Shown: positions 9,733 to 20,146, counted from the stretch's first letter. The stretch is DNA of 63,237 bases from Bradymonadales bacterium (GCA_041656175.1 JBBAEA010000003.1:1-63237), one strand, 5' to 3'. Notes: generated by a model not told the origin, from the sequence alone. Translations and numbers: made by a program.

Positions 9733-11511
9733 GTGTATGTGAACATGAAGCGTTTTTGGATGAAATGGATAATTTACGCGTGTGCGGCAGCGATTTCGTT
9801 TGGCGCGTTGGCGTGCAATGCGTACGACGTAGAAACGGAAAAGGGTATGAAGGCTGCGCTTTCGGAGAAGAAGCACCTTGATAAGGCGATGGCGAAATTG
9901 GCGAGTTTAAGCTCGACGCCAGATGAGATAAAGCCGTACGGGGCGGAGCTAAGTGCGCTGTATTTAGTGGGATCTTCCTATGATCGAGAAGTAATTCAGA
10001 TTCTAGCAAGCCTTGGTGATACTGCCTATGATGAAGCTTACCTCAAGGCTGCAAATTCTGATGATTTTAAACAAGTGCAATCGGCGGCTTTAGCGGCCAA
10101 GAACTCTGAGTCCGATGCGGTCATCGAGACCTTGCTTTCAAAATTCGACACTACGCGCGATCCAGATACAAAGCGCCTCTTAATGGAAGCGGGTTTAACG
10201 AAGAAAGACGCAGGCCTTGCCAAGAAGGCGACAGAGCTTTTGCTCGGCGATTTAGAGCGTACGCCTATCGGGCTTTTGCGAACCTCTTGTAATGTTTTGG
10301 CTTACCAGCGCGATCCCGAGAGTGCGGAAGCATCACTACGGGGCATCTTTTTTGCAGATGACGCTGGTCGCTCTATCGCTACGGAGTGCGCAAAAGCGTT
10401 GACCTCGCTTGGAAAAGATGTTGCAGGTCCCATTCTCGTGGAAGTATTTAAACTAGAGAATGAGAAGCTCAATGCGTATGTTGATCAACATCCCGATCGT
10501 TTAACGCCTGACACCTTGCGTTTCCATGCAGCGGTGAACCTAGCAAAACTTCGTTATGCTGAGGGCGTTGATGTGATGCTCGATTTTTTGCAAGACATGA
10601 AGCCCATCGTCGCGCCAGGCGCGCTTGTTCTTAAACCCATCGATGATAGCGCGTGGATTAACTGGGGGGCGCTTGTGGGAACAGCGTCGCAGGAAATTAT
10701 TTTTGCTATCAATGATATTGGTGTCCAGGGCAATGAGCGCGCTGCCGAAGTGTTGATGAACATCTATGCGTGGGGTCCAGAGATTGCCAAAAAGTACAAA
10801 AAACCTATCGACTTGACAGGTAGCTTTAACATCGAAATTTCGTTGCGTGTAAACTCCGTGCGGGTATTGCTTGAAAACGATTTGTTAACGCCAGAGCGTT
10901 ATAACACCATTTTAGAAGCGCTGAAGGATCCCTCCTTTGAGCAAAATCGAGGTTTTAGACCCGCGGCTCGCGCATCTTTAGTGACGGATCTCATTACCTA
11001 TATGGCGATCGCTTCAAAACCTGCGCAGCTTGAAAGTGTGTGGGGCTACTTCGATAAGCTACGCGAGAAGGAACTACAGAACCCCGCCACCGAGAAGCAC
11101 CCTGCACCGAATCTTGAAGATCCTTATGACTTTAAGCCCGTCGTGAAGCGTATCGCAGATACGAAGTCCACCTTTGAGTTAGCCGATGAATGCGGTGACA
11201 CCGCGGCTTGTTATGAGCAGGTACTCGAGAAAAAAGACGAAGGTAGCTACTACCCGCGCATTAAGGCAGCTTACGAAATCGGTAAAATCAACGATCACAA
11301 GTACTTTGCACCGCTACTTAAAAATTATGCTGAGTACGATGCATATGGTCAGATGTTTGTGACGAGTGCGCTGGCAGCGATCGGTACAAAAGATGATATC
11401 CCTGCTGTCATAGAGCTTAGGGAGAAGCTTCGAAAAGACTTGGCACCGCAAATCTTTGCCTCAGCCCAAACTTACCTTGACTCGCTTGTGATTATCCTAG
11501 AAAATAAGTAA
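9733..11511 (+). CDS. Hypothetical all-helical (HEAT/ARM-like repeat) lipoprotein
   Basis: Lipobox GALAC. Long ORF with a repetitive helical A/L/E/K-rich pattern. No catalytic motif recognised. The start may be the ATG at 9745. Confidence 0.55.
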   Translation: MYVNMKRFWMKWIIYACAAAISFGALACNAYDVETEKGMKAALSEKKHLDKAMAKLASLSSTPDEIKPYGAELSALYLVGSSYDREVIQILASLGDTAYDEAYLKAANSDDFKQVQSAALAAKNSESDAVIETLLSKFDTTRDPDTKRLLMEAGLTKKDAGLAKKATELLLGDLERTPIGLLRTSCNVLAYQRDPESAEASLRGIFFADDAGRSIATECAKALTSLGKDVAGPILVEVFKLENEKLNAYVDQHPDRLTPDTLRFHAAVNLAKLRYAEGVDVMLDFLQDMKPIVAPGALVLKPIDDSAWINWGALVGTASQEIIFAINDIGVQGNERAAEVLMNIYAWGPEIAKKYKKPIDLTGSFNIEISLRVNSVRVLLENDLLTPERYNTILEALKDPSFEQNRGFRPAARASLVTDLITYMAIASKPAQLESVWGYFDKLREKELQNPATEKHPAPNLEDPYDFKPVVKRIADTKSTFELADECGDTAACYEQVLEKKDEGSYYPRIKAAYEIGKINDHKYFAPLLKNYAEYDAYGQMFVTSALAAIGTKDDIPAVIELREKLRKDLAPQIFASAQTYLDSLVIILENK

Positions 11512-11530
11512 GGTATTGCAGTCATACTCA

Positions 11531-11565
11531 AAACCCTCCGACGTAATCGCTGGAGGGTTTTTCAA
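11531..11565. terminator. Bidirectional rho-independent terminator between convergent genes
   Basis: The stem AAACCCTCC / GGAGGGTTT is followed by TTCAATTTTC. Confidence 0.6.
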
Positions 11566-11602
11566 TTTTCTTTAGTGATCGCTTCGTATTGTGCCCTGAG
11601 AT

Positions 11603-12664
11603 CTACTCGCTGTTGGCTATTTTGCCTAAATCACGACGAATTCCAGCCAGTTCGCTAGGGGGGAGTACGCCGTGATTGCGGTTGGAGAGTAGAATCCAGT
11701 ACTTATGGCTATCTCTGTTGATCCACAACGAGCATCCGGTAAACCCGAGATGTCCAAGAATTTGTTTGCTCTCGGGCATGCCCGAAAGGCTGTCATGTCC
11801 CGTTGCGCGATCCCACGCAAGCGCGAAGCGCGAGTTCGTAGCTTTGGCGTCCCAAAACTTTTGCAGTGTCTTCTGGCTAAAGGGCAAGCGCGTGTCGGCT
11901 TTTAGTAGGGCTCGACAGATCTTACCCAAGTCTGTGGCGCTAGAAAATACACCAGCGTGACCCGCTACACCTCCCATACAGCGCGCGTTGTCGTCATCGA
12001 CAATACCCTGTAGTGGCAAACCCTTGTACCACTTAGTACAGGCACAGTTCACATGCTTGGGGTAAGAAATAGGGCCAAAGCAAGTCGATTCGAGTTCTAG
12101 AGCTTGTACCACCAAGCGATCGAAGCTATCGCAAAGCGGTGCCTCTAAAACACGCTCAAGTAGAGTCCCGAGCAAAATAAAGCCGAGATCTGTGTACTCT
12201 GTGCTAGCATCCAGTTTACCGTCCTCTGTGCGGCGAACAGGATATTCAAGACAGAGGCGTGTTATTTCGGCGCGCGCAAAGTCGCTTCCCCACTTTGACT
12301 CGGGAAGAAGCGCTGCAAAATTGTGCCACGCTGCAAGCGGCGTTTGGTGCGATAGCAAGTCGGCAAGAGTATAGTGCTCGCCCCAGCCCTTGAGCTCTGG
12401 CCAATAGTAAACAAGCTTTTCCTCTAAATCGAGCTTAGCAGCTTCGACGGCATGCATGCTTAACAGCGACGTCGCTACGATTTTTGTAAGGCTAGCGACG
12501 TCGAACTGGGTTTTATCGCTAATCGCCTCTCCATCGCGCCAGCGAGTGTAGCCTATATTAAAGTTCATGGCGGCTGCGTTAAGATCTCCCCACTCAATCT
12601 GAGCGCCAGAGTATAGCCCAATACTGCGGCCAATTTCGACTCGCTCCAAAAATCGCATTAGCAT
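11603..12664 (-). CDS. Serine hydrolase, beta-lactamase/PBP4-like (class C-related) family
   Basis: S-x-x-K motif in DVASLTKIV. HAGVFS and GFTGCS segments are typical of the family. The start is placed at MLMRF (GAGGT SD). The ORF stays open up to 12724. Confidence 0.75.
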   Translation of the reverse strand: MLMRFLERVEIGRSIGLYSGAQIEWGDLNAAAMNFNIGYTRWRDGEAISDKTQFDVASLTKIVATSLLSMHAVEAAKLDLEEKLVYYWPELKGWGEHYTLADLLSHQTPLAAWHNFAALLPESKWGSDFARAEITRLCLEYPVRRTEDGKLDASTEYTDLGFILLGTLLERVLEAPLCDSFDRLVVQALELESTCFGPISYPKHVNCACTKWYKGLPLQGIVDDDNARCMGGVAGHAGVFSSATDLGKICRALLKADTRLPFSQKTLQKFWDAKATNSRFALAWDRATGHDSLSGMPESKQILGHLGFTGCSLWINRDSHKYWILLSNRNHGVLPPSELAGIRRDLGKIANSE

Positions 12665-12743
12665 GATTGTGTACCTCGAAGAATATAAAGAAAACCCCCG
12701 CACTTTGTGTAAAGGCGAGGGCAAATAGGGGTACTATGAGTGT

Positions 12744-13427
12744 TTAGGCAAGAAGGCGCTTGTTTTCACAGGAGCCAGTTTTATCGGCGCTAATCGCTGC
12801 AGCACAAAAAGTGTTGGCAAAGATTTTGAAGTTCTCAAGATCGCTGTCTTGGATAATTTTAAGTAAGTCTACTTCAAAAAAAGCGTTTACCATGGCAGCG
12901 GTATTCTTGTGATACAAGCGCCAAACACGGCCGTTAGTCAAAATAGCCCACGGTAAATTCGTTAACCGCATCTGTTCCTCTAAGTCAAAAGCATGGTTTT
13001 CGCCTGTAGAAGAACCATCTTCTGTCGCTTTCAAACCTTCATCGAGATCCGCGGCCCAAGCGGCTACTTTGCCAATGGCGACAGCACCGTTAAAGAAACC
13101 CAGCGTACCACGGGAAGCCACATGCGCGCTAAAGACATCAGGGTTATTAAACATCGTATATTCAATGCGATGGTCATCACCTAGTGGCTCGTTGTGGCTG
13201 TGCGTATAGCCGAGAACATGTAAGGTGCGATTCACAAAAAAGAATCCCACCTGTTCCGCTGTAGCTTGGTTATTAAGATGGGCGTGGTGGTGTTGAAAGT
13301 GATCGCGAATTTGCACCAGCATTTCGGCCACTTCATCCGCACTGAGCAATGTCGACGACGACAAGAGCTCAACCGCGTCATTAACAAAAAAATCACCACT
13401 ATTACGAATCACGTTGGAATCTGACAT
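12744..13427 (-). CDS. Hypothetical protein resembling a stand-alone, degenerate HsdR-N / Type IIG N-terminal PD-(D/E)xK-like domain
   Basis: The signature tail WAILTNGRVWRLYHK is present. At the positions expected for D...ExK the protein reads RIEY ... AIGK. Confidence 0.4.
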   Translation of the reverse strand: MSDSNVIRNSGDFFVNDAVELLSSSTLLSADEVAEMLVQIRDHFQHHHAHLNNQATAEQVGFFFVNRTLHVLGYTHSHNEPLGDDHRIEYTMFNNPDVFSAHVASRGTLGFFNGAVAIGKVAAWAADLDEGLKATEDGSSTGENHAFDLEEQMRLTNLPWAILTNGRVWRLYHKNTAAMVNAFFEVDLLKIIQDSDLENFKIFANTFCAAAISADKTGSCENKRLLA

Positions 13428-13683
13428 AGAACTAAAATCCCCATAGGAGAGCTTAAGTGTTAATAAAATCGTCCTAAGGTTGATACAACCTTAGCGAGTG
13501 CGAATACTAAACAAAGTCAACAAATAATGTCAAGCGGGCGCTTTTAAATACGTGCCGTAAATGTCCACAAAATATGACAGTTTTGACACGCGTAAAATTA
13601 TGTGTACGCTTGCGCAATATAGCCAACACACGTATACTTACGCTCAATGGGCGTTCCATTGTATTTTTGGGAGGAACTCTAAA

Positions 13684-14847
13684 TTGACTAAGAAAAATAA
13701 TAGAGACGATAAAGATAAGAAAACGCATTTGCAAGAACTCACCGACGATGGTGAGAAGAAGGACGATTCCACTACGATAAATTCCGAGACTAGCGAAGAC
13801 GAAAAAGAGCAGACTGAGTCTGCGAACGAACTCTCTAGTAATGAAAGCGAAGAAAGCGAAGTGCAGGATACCGGCGCAGAGAAGGTTGAGAGTCTAAGCG
13901 AGATCTTTCAAGAGTTTAAAAAACAGATTTCTCCCATTGCGAGCAACGTTAAGTCGATTTTAGAGGCGGCTAACCAAAGACTTGTTGACAAAGAAGCCGT
14001 GAAAACGGCCGAGGACGCGGATGTCGAAGATTCAAGCAATGTCGAAAACGTTGAAGATGATGCTGCTTCGAAAGACGATGTTAACGGTGGCGAGCAGGCT
14101 GAAGTCATTAATTTGGCGCTTGAAAGACTCAAAAGACGCGGTATTCAACGAAATATCGATATTAAAGCTATACTATCAGAGCACTTTGAGCATTACGTCG
14201 ATAAAAAAATCGATGAAGAAGAGTTGAGCACCGATGAGGATGGCAAAAAACTCGTAAAGATCGATTCTAAGTTTATGCAAAACCACGGTAAAGAACTTGT
14301 TCCTTACCTGATTGGCGGTATTGCACAAGGTATTTTTGGCAATATCTTTGGTGATGAGCTCTTTCCCAACGAACTCGCGAAGGAAGAACCACGTCAAGAC
14401 CCGCAAGCTGGAGAAGACGCAGATGCTGAGAAAAAGACCTTAATAGCGAAAAAAGACGAAGCCGAAAAAACGGAAGCTGAACCTAGCGAAGGAGAAGGCG
14501 TCGATGGTGCGAAAGCCAAAGAGCCAAAGTATAAGCTGAAATTTAGCATAGCTGACGTGATTACCGAGTTTTTGCAAAAAGCAACCCCAGTCAAAACTCC
14601 CGAAACTCCAGAAGAACTGGCCGAAACCGAAAACGCTCGACAGGCGCTCATTAGAGCTGGTGAGGTTTTTGAAGATACGCTCAATCAGGAAGCGACGCTG
14701 GATGATGTGAAGGCTGCGCTAGAAACTCCACCCGAAGCCAAAGAAGAAGCTCCCGCCGAAATCGAGCCGGAGGACGAGAAACATGAAAAAATTCTCAAAA
14801 TGGCTAAAGAATTCGAGAAGAGTTTAGATAAAAAACCCGAAGAATAA
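13684..14847 (+). CDS. Highly acidic, low-complexity hypothetical protein
   Basis: E/D/K-rich ORF. A TTG start at 13684 lies 9 nt after GGAGGA. The ORF is open from 13561. A terminator follows. Confidence 0.55.
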   Translation: MTKKNNRDDKDKKTHLQELTDDGEKKDDSTTINSETSEDEKEQTESANELSSNESEESEVQDTGAEKVESLSEIFQEFKKQISPIASNVKSILEAANQRLVDKEAVKTAEDADVEDSSNVENVEDDAASKDDVNGGEQAEVINLALERLKRRGIQRNIDIKAILSEHFEHYVDKKIDEEELSTDEDGKKLVKIDSKFMQNHGKELVPYLIGGIAQGIFGNIFGDELFPNELAKEEPRQDPQAGEDADAEKKTLIAKKDEAEKTEAEPSEGEGVDGAKAKEPKYKLKFSIADVITEFLQKATPVKTPETPEELAETENARQALIRAGEVFEDTLNQEATLDDVKAALETPPEAKEEAPAEIEPEDEKHEKILKMAKEFEKSLDKKPEE

Positions 14848-14882
14848 ATTTTATTCGCTATTTTTGCCTGTATCACGAGTTT

Positions 14883-14910
14883 AAACGCTGCTCATTGAGC
14901 AGCGTTTTTT
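14883..14910 (+). terminator. Rho-independent terminator
   Basis: 11-bp stem AAACGCTGCTC/GAGCAGCGTTT with a 3-nt loop and a T-run. Confidence 0.65.
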
Positions 14911-14921
14911 GGGATTTAAGC

Positions 14922-15743
14922 ATGGACAGAAAATTATTTACAAAACAAAGGCGTTGCTGTGCACTGATCGGCATGATCCACCTTAAAGCCTTGCCCGCAA
15001 CGCCAGCCAGTCGCCTAAAACTAGTAGACATCCTTGATGCAGCACTACGCGATGGCGAGAACCTTGTGCTTGGCGACTGTGATGCGCTCTTGGTCGAAAA
15101 CATGTCGGACTTGCCCTATTGTCGTGCTCGCGTGGGACCCGAGATTACGGCGAGCATGGCGATTGTGGTAGATCATGTAAAGCGCGCTTTTGCTAAACCC
15201 GTGGGGGTACAGGTTTTGGCGGCGGCAAATATAGAGGCAATGGCCGTAGCCGCTTGTGGTGGTGCTGATTTTATTCGAGCCGAGGCTTTTGCCTATGCGC
15301 ACGTCGCCGACGAAGGTCTGCTCAACGCTTCGGCTGCCGAAGTGCTGCGCTATCGCCGACAGCTCGACGCCGAGCGAGTTTCCGTTTGGGCTGATGTTCA
15401 GAAGAAGCACGCGGCGCATGCCATCACAGGGGATTTGAGTCTTGGCGATCTCGCCCACGGGTTTTCGTTTTGTGGCGCAGATGCGCTCATCGCCACGGGG
15501 ATTGCCACGGGTAGTGCAGCGAGCGTTAAAGATGTCATTGCACTTAAAAGTGCTAAACTCCCCGTCGTTGTTGGCTCTGGCATCGATATTCAAAACGTTA
15601 CCGAATTTGCCGCTATCGCCGATGGTCTCATCGTTGGGTCATCGATCAAAATCGATGGCGATTGGAAAAATCCCGTCGATAAGGCGCGCGTTGCCGCGCT
15701 GGCCAAAGCTATCGACGCCTTGGAGCAAGGCTCAGCGCACTAA
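14922..15743 (+). CDS. BtpA/SgcQ-family TIM-barrel protein
   Basis: IGMIHLKALPATPAS and VENMSDLPY are typical of the BtpA family (TIGR00259). The start is placed after the terminator. Confidence 0.75.
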   Translation: MDRKLFTKQRRCCALIGMIHLKALPATPASRLKLVDILDAALRDGENLVLGDCDALLVENMSDLPYCRARVGPEITASMAIVVDHVKRAFAKPVGVQVLAAANIEAMAVAACGGADFIRAEAFAYAHVADEGLLNASAAEVLRYRRQLDAERVSVWADVQKKHAAHAITGDLSLGDLAHGFSFCGADALIATGIATGSAASVKDVIALKSAKLPVVVGSGIDIQNVTEFAAIADGLIVGSSIKIDGDWKNPVDKARVAALAKAIDALEQGSAH

Positions 15744-15755
15744 GACGCACTAAGA

Positions 15756-17600
15756 CTAACGACGGCGGCGCTGGCGTCGCAGCAGTTTTTCGACAAGCGC
15801 TTTGTTTTTGGGATCGTGGTAGCGCAAAATCGCTTTTTGGCGCTGTCTATCGGCGGTGCTTTTAGCACTGTAAATACGTGGGCTGTCTTTTGACAAGGGC
15901 TTTAGCGGGTTATAGCCAGTCCAATACATTGTGCTTGCAGGGCTCATCGGTGTTGGCAAAAAGGTTTGCACCTGATCGACGAAGAGCTTACGCGACTTGA
16001 GCCAGCGCACTAAATCCAACATTTCGTTATCGCCACTACCTGGATGCGCGGCAATAAAATACGGTATAATATACTGTTTCTTGCCGCATTCACGTGATTT
16101 TTCAATATATATACGCGAAAATTCGTCGTAAGTCTCAATACTGGGTTTCATCATTAACTTAAGTACAGCAGGGTTACTGTGCTCAGGAGCAATCTTGAGG
16201 TAGCCGCTGCTGTGGTGTTTAGCCAAAGCCTCTATGTATTCCTTGTGCTTTAGCGCTAAATCATAACGTATCCCAGAATTGATAAAAACTTGCTTTACAG
16301 ATTCGAGTTTTCGCACACGCTCGTAGAGCTTCAAAGTTGGTTCATGCGAGACATTCAGATTATTGCAGATATTGGGGTAAATACATGATTGGCGACGGCA
16401 GTTTAGGCATTTTTCGCTGTCTTTGGCTGTCATTTCGTACATGTTTGCACTTGGACCCCCCAGATCACTGATAACGACATTATCTTTGTTTTCGGCAACG
16501 GCGATGGCTTGAACCTCTCGTACCACAGAGTCGGGCGAACGACTTTGTATCACGCGGCCTTCGTGCGCGGCGATAGAACAAAAGGCACACGCCCCAAAGC
16601 AGCCGCGCATGATGGTGATCGATGTTTTGATCATGTCGAAGGCTGGAATTCTCGCGTTAGCGTAGGAAGGGTGGGGTTTGCGCGAAAACGGTAGTTCGTA
16701 GACCGCGTCTAGCTCCCTAGTACTTAGCGGCTCAGGAATCTTGCCTAAACACAGCTCTTTATCGCCGTGACGCTGTACTAGCCCGGCGCCACCTTGGCGC
16801 GTTTCGGTGAGCTGTAGGCGTGATGCAACGGCAAAATCCCAAGCAGAATTGCGCACTTCCTCGTAAGCAGGAAGACGCCTAAAATCGTACTCTCCCCTCA
16901 TCGCAGCTTCGCCAAAATCCTCGCGGATTCGCATGTCATCCGGAAGCCTATCAACGAGCATGCCAACGCCCCTCTCGCCTAGAAAACGCGATAACTCCCA
17001 GCCATACGACAAACCGTGCGAAATACTCTCAAGAGCTGCTTCTCCATTGCCAAAACTCAAAATATCGGCTCCAGTATCGCACAAAATACTCGGCATCACT
17101 CTATTTGCCCAATAATCATAATGCGCCACTCGCCGTAAACTCGCCTCGATCCCGCCAATGACAATAGGAATATCAGGCGCCAGCCTGCGGCAGATTTTGC
17201 TATACACCGAAAGTGCCCTATCGGGACGCAAACCCGCTTTTGCATTCGGGCTATAAGCATCATCAGAGCGTCGTCGTTTGTCGGAGCTATAGTGGTTTAC
17301 CATGGAGTCCATGTTGCCCGCGTTAATGCCCCAAAACAGCCTTGGCAGCCCAAGACGCAAAAAGTCGTCATCTCGATCTACACGCGGCTGCGCAATAACA
17401 CCTACCCTAAAACCTTGTGCTTCCAAAAAACGTCCAACGATTCCCGTCGAAAACGCGGGGTGATCTACATACGCATCGCCGCCCACTAAAATAATGTCGC
17501 AGGCATCCCAGCCATACAGATCCATCTCCTCGCGTGTCATGGGGAGCACGGGTACGGGGCCTAAACGATGTGCCCAGAATTTTTTGTGGCTAAAGATCAT
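15756..17600 (-). CDS. ygiQ: YgiQ-family radical SAM protein (UPF0313)
   Basis: N-terminal PMTREEMDLYGWDACDIILVGGDAYVDHP. Cys-rich cluster RGCFGACAFCSI. Basic C-terminal tail. Confidence 0.85.
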   Translation of the reverse strand: MIFSHKKFWAHRLGPVPVLPMTREEMDLYGWDACDIILVGGDAYVDHPAFSTGIVGRFLEAQGFRVGVIAQPRVDRDDDFLRLGLPRLFWGINAGNMDSMVNHYSSDKRRRSDDAYSPNAKAGLRPDRALSVYSKICRRLAPDIPIVIGGIEASLRRVAHYDYWANRVMPSILCDTGADILSFGNGEAALESISHGLSYGWELSRFLGERGVGMLVDRLPDDMRIREDFGEAAMRGEYDFRRLPAYEEVRNSAWDFAVASRLQLTETRQGGAGLVQRHGDKELCLGKIPEPLSTRELDAVYELPFSRKPHPSYANARIPAFDMIKTSITIMRGCFGACAFCSIAAHEGRVIQSRSPDSVVREVQAIAVAENKDNVVISDLGGPSANMYEMTAKDSEKCLNCRRQSCIYPNICNNLNVSHEPTLKLYERVRKLESVKQVFINSGIRYDLALKHKEYIEALAKHHSSGYLKIAPEHSNPAVLKLMMKPSIETYDEFSRIYIEKSRECGKKQYIIPYFIAAHPGSGDNEMLDLVRWLKSRKLFVDQVQTFLPTPMSPASTMYWTGYNPLKPLSKDSPRIYSAKSTADRQRQKAILRYHDPKNKALVEKLLRRQRRRR

Positions 17601-18100
17601 GCCATGAAGTTCAAGTTTTCGTTGTATATAAAAATCGTATTTTGCTTAGATCTTGCGTAGTAAAGGCAAATTTTATCTACCGTCAAAGGGAGCACAAAGT
17701 CATTGCATTGAGCCCCGATTCTTTCTACTAAAAAAGACAAAGCTGTTCAACGCAAAAATACTTTTTTACATATTGCCGCCAAGCGCTATCGCTAACAAGG
17801 TTGTTGAACGGATTATTCAATTTTCCATGGAGTGCTTTGGCTATATTATGGAGGGAATCTCTGAATAATATAAAAATATTCCAAAAAAGAGCTAGCGAAA
17901 GTAAGGGAAGATACTCTAGCTAGCTTGAACTCAGTCAAAAAATCGAAAAATACACTTGTTAGCAATTTGATAAAAAATACTTTAGTTAGCAAGTTTGATG
18001 CGGATTCTAGGAAGCAAGGAATGAGGCAAGGGAGCGACTTTGAGGTCGTGACCGCGCCAAGTGACGCAACTGACGACGAAGACGCGCAAACTTGCTAACA

Positions 18101-18172
18101 TAAGCGGGTTCTAAGGGCGATAGCCCTTAGCGGGGCGTGGGGCAGAGCCCCACAATACAGATCATAGCTTCC
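18101..18172 (+). repeat. Family-C repeat module (AAGCGGGTTCTAAGGGCGATAGCCCTTAGCGG...)
   Basis: Shares its core with 36721-36795, 43338-43384 and 50531-50592 (reverse). It abuts the typA stop codon. Confidence 0.65.
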
Positions 18173-19990
18173 CTAAGTCTCATCCTTGGGTTTTCGCGAG
18201 TGGCGAACTCGCTGGTTCGCAGTGAGGTGGCGCTTGCGCAGGCGTATAGAAATAGGCGTCACTTCGACGAGTTCGTCTTCGTCAATCCATTCGATGGATT
18301 CTTCCAAGTTTAGAATTTTCGGCGGTGAAAGCAGAATACTGTCGTCTTTTCCCGCGGCACGCATGTTCGAGAGTTTCTTTTCGCGCGAAACGTTGACATC
18401 CAAATCATTCGGTCGCGAGTTCTCGCCGATAATCATACCCTCATAACACTCGACAACCGGGCCTACAAAAAGCACACCGCGCGGTTGCAGGTGGAATAAC
18501 GCGTATGGCGTACTTTTACCTAAACGGTCTGCGATGAGAGCGCCATTGTTTCGGTAGTTCATCGGCCCAAACCACGGTGCCCAACCGTTAAACAAAGTGT
18601 TCATAATACCAAGCCCGCGCGTTTCGTTTAAATATATCGATCTAAAGCCGATAAGCCCCCGCGTCGGGATATCAAACTCCAAATGTGCGCGCCCAGAGCC
18701 TGTGCTTCGCATGACTTCCATCTTACCCTTGCGCGCTGCCAAAATTTGCGTAATAGCGCCGACATTGATTTCGGGTAAGTCCAAAATTAAGCGTTCAAGC
18801 GGCTCTAAGCTTCTTCCATTTTCATCGGTTTTAATGACAACCTCGGGCTTAGAAATACACATTTCAAAGCCTTCGCGACGCATCGTCTCAATCAGAATTG
18901 ACAGCGACAACTCACCGCGCCCCACGACTTTAAAGGTATCCTTTTGATCCGTCTCCTCGACGCGCAAGCTCACATTGGCTCGTCCTTCCTTAAAAAGGCG
19001 CTCGCCGATGTGTCGCGTTGTTACGTACTTGCCTTCTTTGCCCGCGAAGGGTCCGTTATTGACACTAAAAAACATCGCAATCGTAGGCTCATCCACCTTT
19101 ACGCGCTTTAACGCTTGTGGGTTTTCTACCGACGAGATGGTGTCGCCGATTGCGATTTCTTCTATTCCAGCGACCGCAAAAAGTTCGCCAGCAGGTGCGC
19201 TATCTACGCGCTTTCTCTCTAAGCCATCAAAAACATAGAGCTGACCCAACTTGATTTGCTTATTGCCCTTCTCACCCATTACTGTAATGATTTCGTCTTC
19301 GCGTAAAGTTCCTTCAAAAATTCGGCCAGTTGCCATTTTACCCAAATAATTGTCGTAATCGGTATTGGTCACCAGAGCCTGTAAATTCGCCTCTGGGTTA
19401 CCACCAGGGCTGGGTATGGATTTTAGTATGGTATCGAATATTGGCGCCATGTCGACGCCCGCCGTATCTAAGTTGTAAGTGGCAATTCCATCGCGCGCAA
19501 CGGCATAAAGTACGGGGAATTCGATTTGTTGATCATTCGCCCCTAGGTCTATAAATAGCGAATAAACTTCGTCGAGCACTTCTGGCGCACGTGCGTCTTG
19601 GCGGTCGATTTTGTTCACAACTACAATGACGGCTAGCCCCAAAGCCAGCGCCTTAGAGAGCACGAAACGCGTTTGCGGCAACGGCCCCTCCGCCGCATCC
19701 ACCAACAAAACCACACCGTCTACCATGCTTAGCATTCGCTCGACTTCACCACCGAAATCCGCGTGTCCTGGCGTATCTGCGATGTTTATCTTCACGCCCT
19801 TCCAAAAAACTGAGGTCGCTTTGCCCAAAATGGTGATTCCGCGCTCGCGCTCAATGGCGTTTGAGTCCATCACGCGCTCAGCCACATTGCGCTTGTTGTC
19901 TAGGGAACCCGATTGCTTTAAAAGGGCGTCTACCAAGGTTGTTTTGCCGTGGTCGACGTGGGCGATTATCGCTACGTTTCTATATTCCAT
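18173..19990 (-). CDS. typA: Translational GTPase TypA/BipA
   Basis: [33 protein letters not shown] and NKID G-motifs, with full-length EF-G-like architecture. The start is placed at the conserved MEYRN. The ORF is open up to 20065. Confidence 0.95.
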   Translation of the reverse strand: MEYRNVAIIAHVDHGKTTLVDALLKQSGSLDNKRNVAERVMDSNAIERERGITILGKATSVFWKGVKINIADTPGHADFGGEVERMLSMVDGVVLLVDAAEGPLPQTRFVLSKALALGLAVIVVVNKIDRQDARAPEVLDEVYSLFIDLGANDQQIEFPVLYAVARDGIATYNLDTAGVDMAPIFDTILKSIPSPGGNPEANLQALVTNTDYDNYLGKMATGRIFEGTLREDEIITVMGEKGNKQIKLGQLYVFDGLERKRVDSAPAGELFAVAGIEEIAIGDTISSVENPQALKRVKVDEPTIAMFFSVNNGPFAGKEGKYVTTRHIGERLFKEGRANVSLRVEETDQKDTFKVVGRGELSLSILIETMRREGFEMCISKPEVVIKTDENGRSLEPLERLILDLPEINVGAITQILAARKGKMEVMRSTGSGRAHLEFDIPTRGLIGFRSIYLNETRGLGIMNTLFNGWAPWFGPMNYRNNGALIADRLGKSTPYALFHLQPRGVLFVGPVVECYEGMIIGENSRPNDLDVNVSREKKLSNMRAAGKDDSILLSPPKILNLEESIEWIDEDELVEVTPISIRLRKRHLTANQRVRHSRKPKDET

Positions 19991-20146
19991 GCTCGTTCTT
20001 TCTATATTCCATGCTCGTTTTAGCAAAATGATTACATGTGGGTATTCCTGTGTGCAACACAGCAAATCGTGGCAAATCTAGAAGCCAGCCCCCAGCTTTG
20101 TCAACAAAATACGAAAAAATACGAGCGTTCTTTTGTATTTTAGCCT

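Noticed and set aside
17653-17868. 71-aa plus-strand ORF in the ygiQ-typA spacer.
   Set aside because: It starts with TTG, has no SD, has low-complexity AT-rich sequence, and lies in a promoter region.
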